Under the pieces are notes generated by a model. That model was not told where the DNA came from and did no database searches. It saw nothing but the letters and a program-made list of their open reading frames with translations. The translations under genes were made by a program, and so were the position numbers. From contig JAITBI010000033.1 in NCBI GenBank assembly GCA_031283685.1, forward strand, positions 1 through 47,962: a DNA stretch of 47,962 nt. The letters run 5' to 3'. Shown one piece after another: positions 46,874 to 47,962 of this stretch (its first letter is position 1; each line of letters begins with the position of its first letter). This DNA is from Puniceicoccales bacterium. GTDB taxonomy: Bacteria > Verrucomicrobiota > Verrucomicrobiia > Opitutales > JAIRKQ01.

Positions 46874-47962
46874 TTAGAAGGAATATTCCATGCCCCCGGA
46901 AAGGTTATGGGCGGAGACATCTTTGTTAAAGCGTGCGGTGTAGGAACCGACTAAGCTCCAATGATCGTCCAGCTTTTGTGAAGCTGCGAAGGATATGACG
47001 GCGGAGTTTTTGGATGGCCGTTGGAGGATTACGACTTCGTAGGTGTTGTCGTTTATCGAGGCGGTGATGTGGGAATGTTTGTGTATGGGGCGGCATTCCC
47101 AGCCGGTTTTTAAGGACAATGTCGCTTTTTTATGAGGATTTTCCCGGTTCAAAATTTCCTTTTCAACGTTGATACCGACAACCGTCACTAGGATGTTGTG
47201 ATGGGCTGTCGAGATGTGCTCAATTGTCGCTGGTCCTTCATGTGCTTTTTGGGCGATGTGGCCGTAGTTTGCCCGCAGCCATGGACCGAACTGGAATCCG
47301 TTGTAGGAGCGTAAATTTTTGACAAACTCCAGGCCGAGGAAAACGTTGTTGGACCTAAGTTTTTCGTCGCCAACCGCAGGATCTCCTTCACGGAGTTTAT
47401 CAGTGCCGTGGTTGTATCCCAGGATAAGTCCGATGTTGGTTTTCAAGTGGTTATCGTTGAATGATTCGTAGGCCGCAAATAGTTCCAGCACGCAGATATT
47501 ATGCCTGGTGGACGTTATAGGGTCGGCAAGGGGGCCGAAGAATTTCGTCTTTCCGTGGATGTATCCTAGAACAGCGCCCAGGCGGACATATCTTTCGCCG
47601 GTGAATGTCCAGACATTGTCAGCGCCTACGACGAATCCTCCCATGTTGTTGCTATATCCAAGGCCATAGCTTTCTTTACCGTGGGAATGGCCATAGAGGG
47701 CATGGATGAACGGGTCTGCCAGGCATCCTTTGACGCTTGCCATGCGCCTGGAAACTGCGTCGGTGACCAGGGTGTTGGCTGCCATCGATATGGTGGCCAA
47801 TTCCCCGTCAATGCTGGTCAGTTCCCCGTTAACACTGGTCAATCTCCTGCTGCTGGTCAGTTTATGTTGGTAGGGGCAAAATTTTCCGTTTAGCAAATCT
47901 TCAAGAAAGGCGATATCATCGTCACTAAGATTGCTAAAATCACTAAGATGGCTTAAATCCGC
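46874..47962 (-). CDS. Autotransporter (type Va) C-terminal beta-barrel translocator domain; 5' end lies outside the window
   Basis: Alternating beta-strand pattern ending ...LSGGMEYSF with a terminal aromatic residue. Typical AT barrel motifs are present (GYSNNMGGFVVGAD, RLGAVLGY). The frame stays open upstream of the annotated TTG to the window edge. Confidence 0.8.
   Translation of the reverse strand, partial: ADLSHLSDFSNLSDDDIAFLEDLLNGKFCPYQHKLTSSRRLTSVNGELTSIDGELATISMAANTLVTDAVSRRMASVKGCLADPFIHALYGHSHGKESYGLGYSNNMGGFVVGADNVWTFTGERYVRLGAVLGYIHGKTKFFGPLADPITSTRHNICVLELFAAYESFNDNHLKTNIGLILGYNHGTDKLREGDPAVGDEKLRSNNVFLGLEFVKNLRSYNGFQFGPWLRANYGHIAQKAHEGPATIEHISTAHHNILVTVVGINVEKEILNRENPHKKATLSLKTGWECRPIHKHSHITASINDNTYEVVILQRPSKNSAVISFAASQKLDDHWSLVGSYTARFNKDVSAHNLSGGMEYSF
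47795..47857. repeat. Imperfect 21-nt tandem repeat (2 good copies plus 1 degenerate) inside the autotransporter linker
   Basis: ggccaattccccgtcaatgct / ggtcagttccccgttaacact / ggtcaatctcctgctgctggt. On the coding strand this encodes heptad units TS(V/I)(N/D)GEL. Confidence 0.4.

Overview
This 48 kb window is a compact chromosomal segment from a low-GC diderm bacterium, roughly 40% GC by eye. That estimate is not computed. It is almost entirely housekeeping and envelope genes. I found no transposase, integrase, phage, CRISPR, reverse-transcriptase or toxin-antitoxin signature.

Recognisable content:
- Membrane biogenesis and lipids: yidC, pssA, a uppS-cdsA pair.
- LPS precursors: kdsA, kpsF.
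- Cell wall and envelope: ddl, a Pal-like OmpA lipoprotein, a 5'-truncated autotransporter beta-barrel.
- Carbon metabolism: pgi, gpmI, a phosphohexomutase.
- DNA and RNA functions: priA, a UvrD/AddA-like helicase, a stand-alone 5'-3' exonuclease, prmC, yebC, der, tatD.
- Transport: a PiT phosphate transporter, a CPA2 antiporter with RCK_C domains, and a tripartite RND efflux operon (OMF-MFP-RND).
- tRNAs: Arg-CCG, Asp-GUC, Gly-GCC.

Three sigma-54 components are scattered across the window: rpoN, a soluble PAS histidine kinase, and an NtrC-type activator. The activator has no C-terminal HTH and is translationally coupled to the end of the RND operon. One good -24/-12 promoter match lies upstream of a Gfo/Idh/MocA oxidoreductase.

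A fermentative pair is present: an [FeFe]-hydrogenase-like protein followed by an AdhE-type acetylating aldehyde dehydrogenase. The dehydrogenase stops exactly at the AdhE inter-domain linker. The frame stays open past the stop and still shows faint Fe-ADH-like residues, which suggests domain-level gene decay.

A second probable gene relic, an acyltransferase-3 N-terminus with an early in-frame stop, sits upstream of a 382-aa orphan protein. Several other small orphan genes and two tandem lipoproteins have no assignable function.

I did not find a clear multi-gene novel system. The best leads are the efflux/sigma-54 coupling, the AdhE decay with its hydrogenase neighbour, the orphan proteins, and a 31-codon gene tail at the left edge that resembles a type III secretion needle protein. 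Taxonomy cannot be established from the sequence alone. The HTH-less NtrC homologue plus rpoN is reminiscent of PVC/Chlamydiae-type or epsilonproteobacterial arrangements, but that is inference only.
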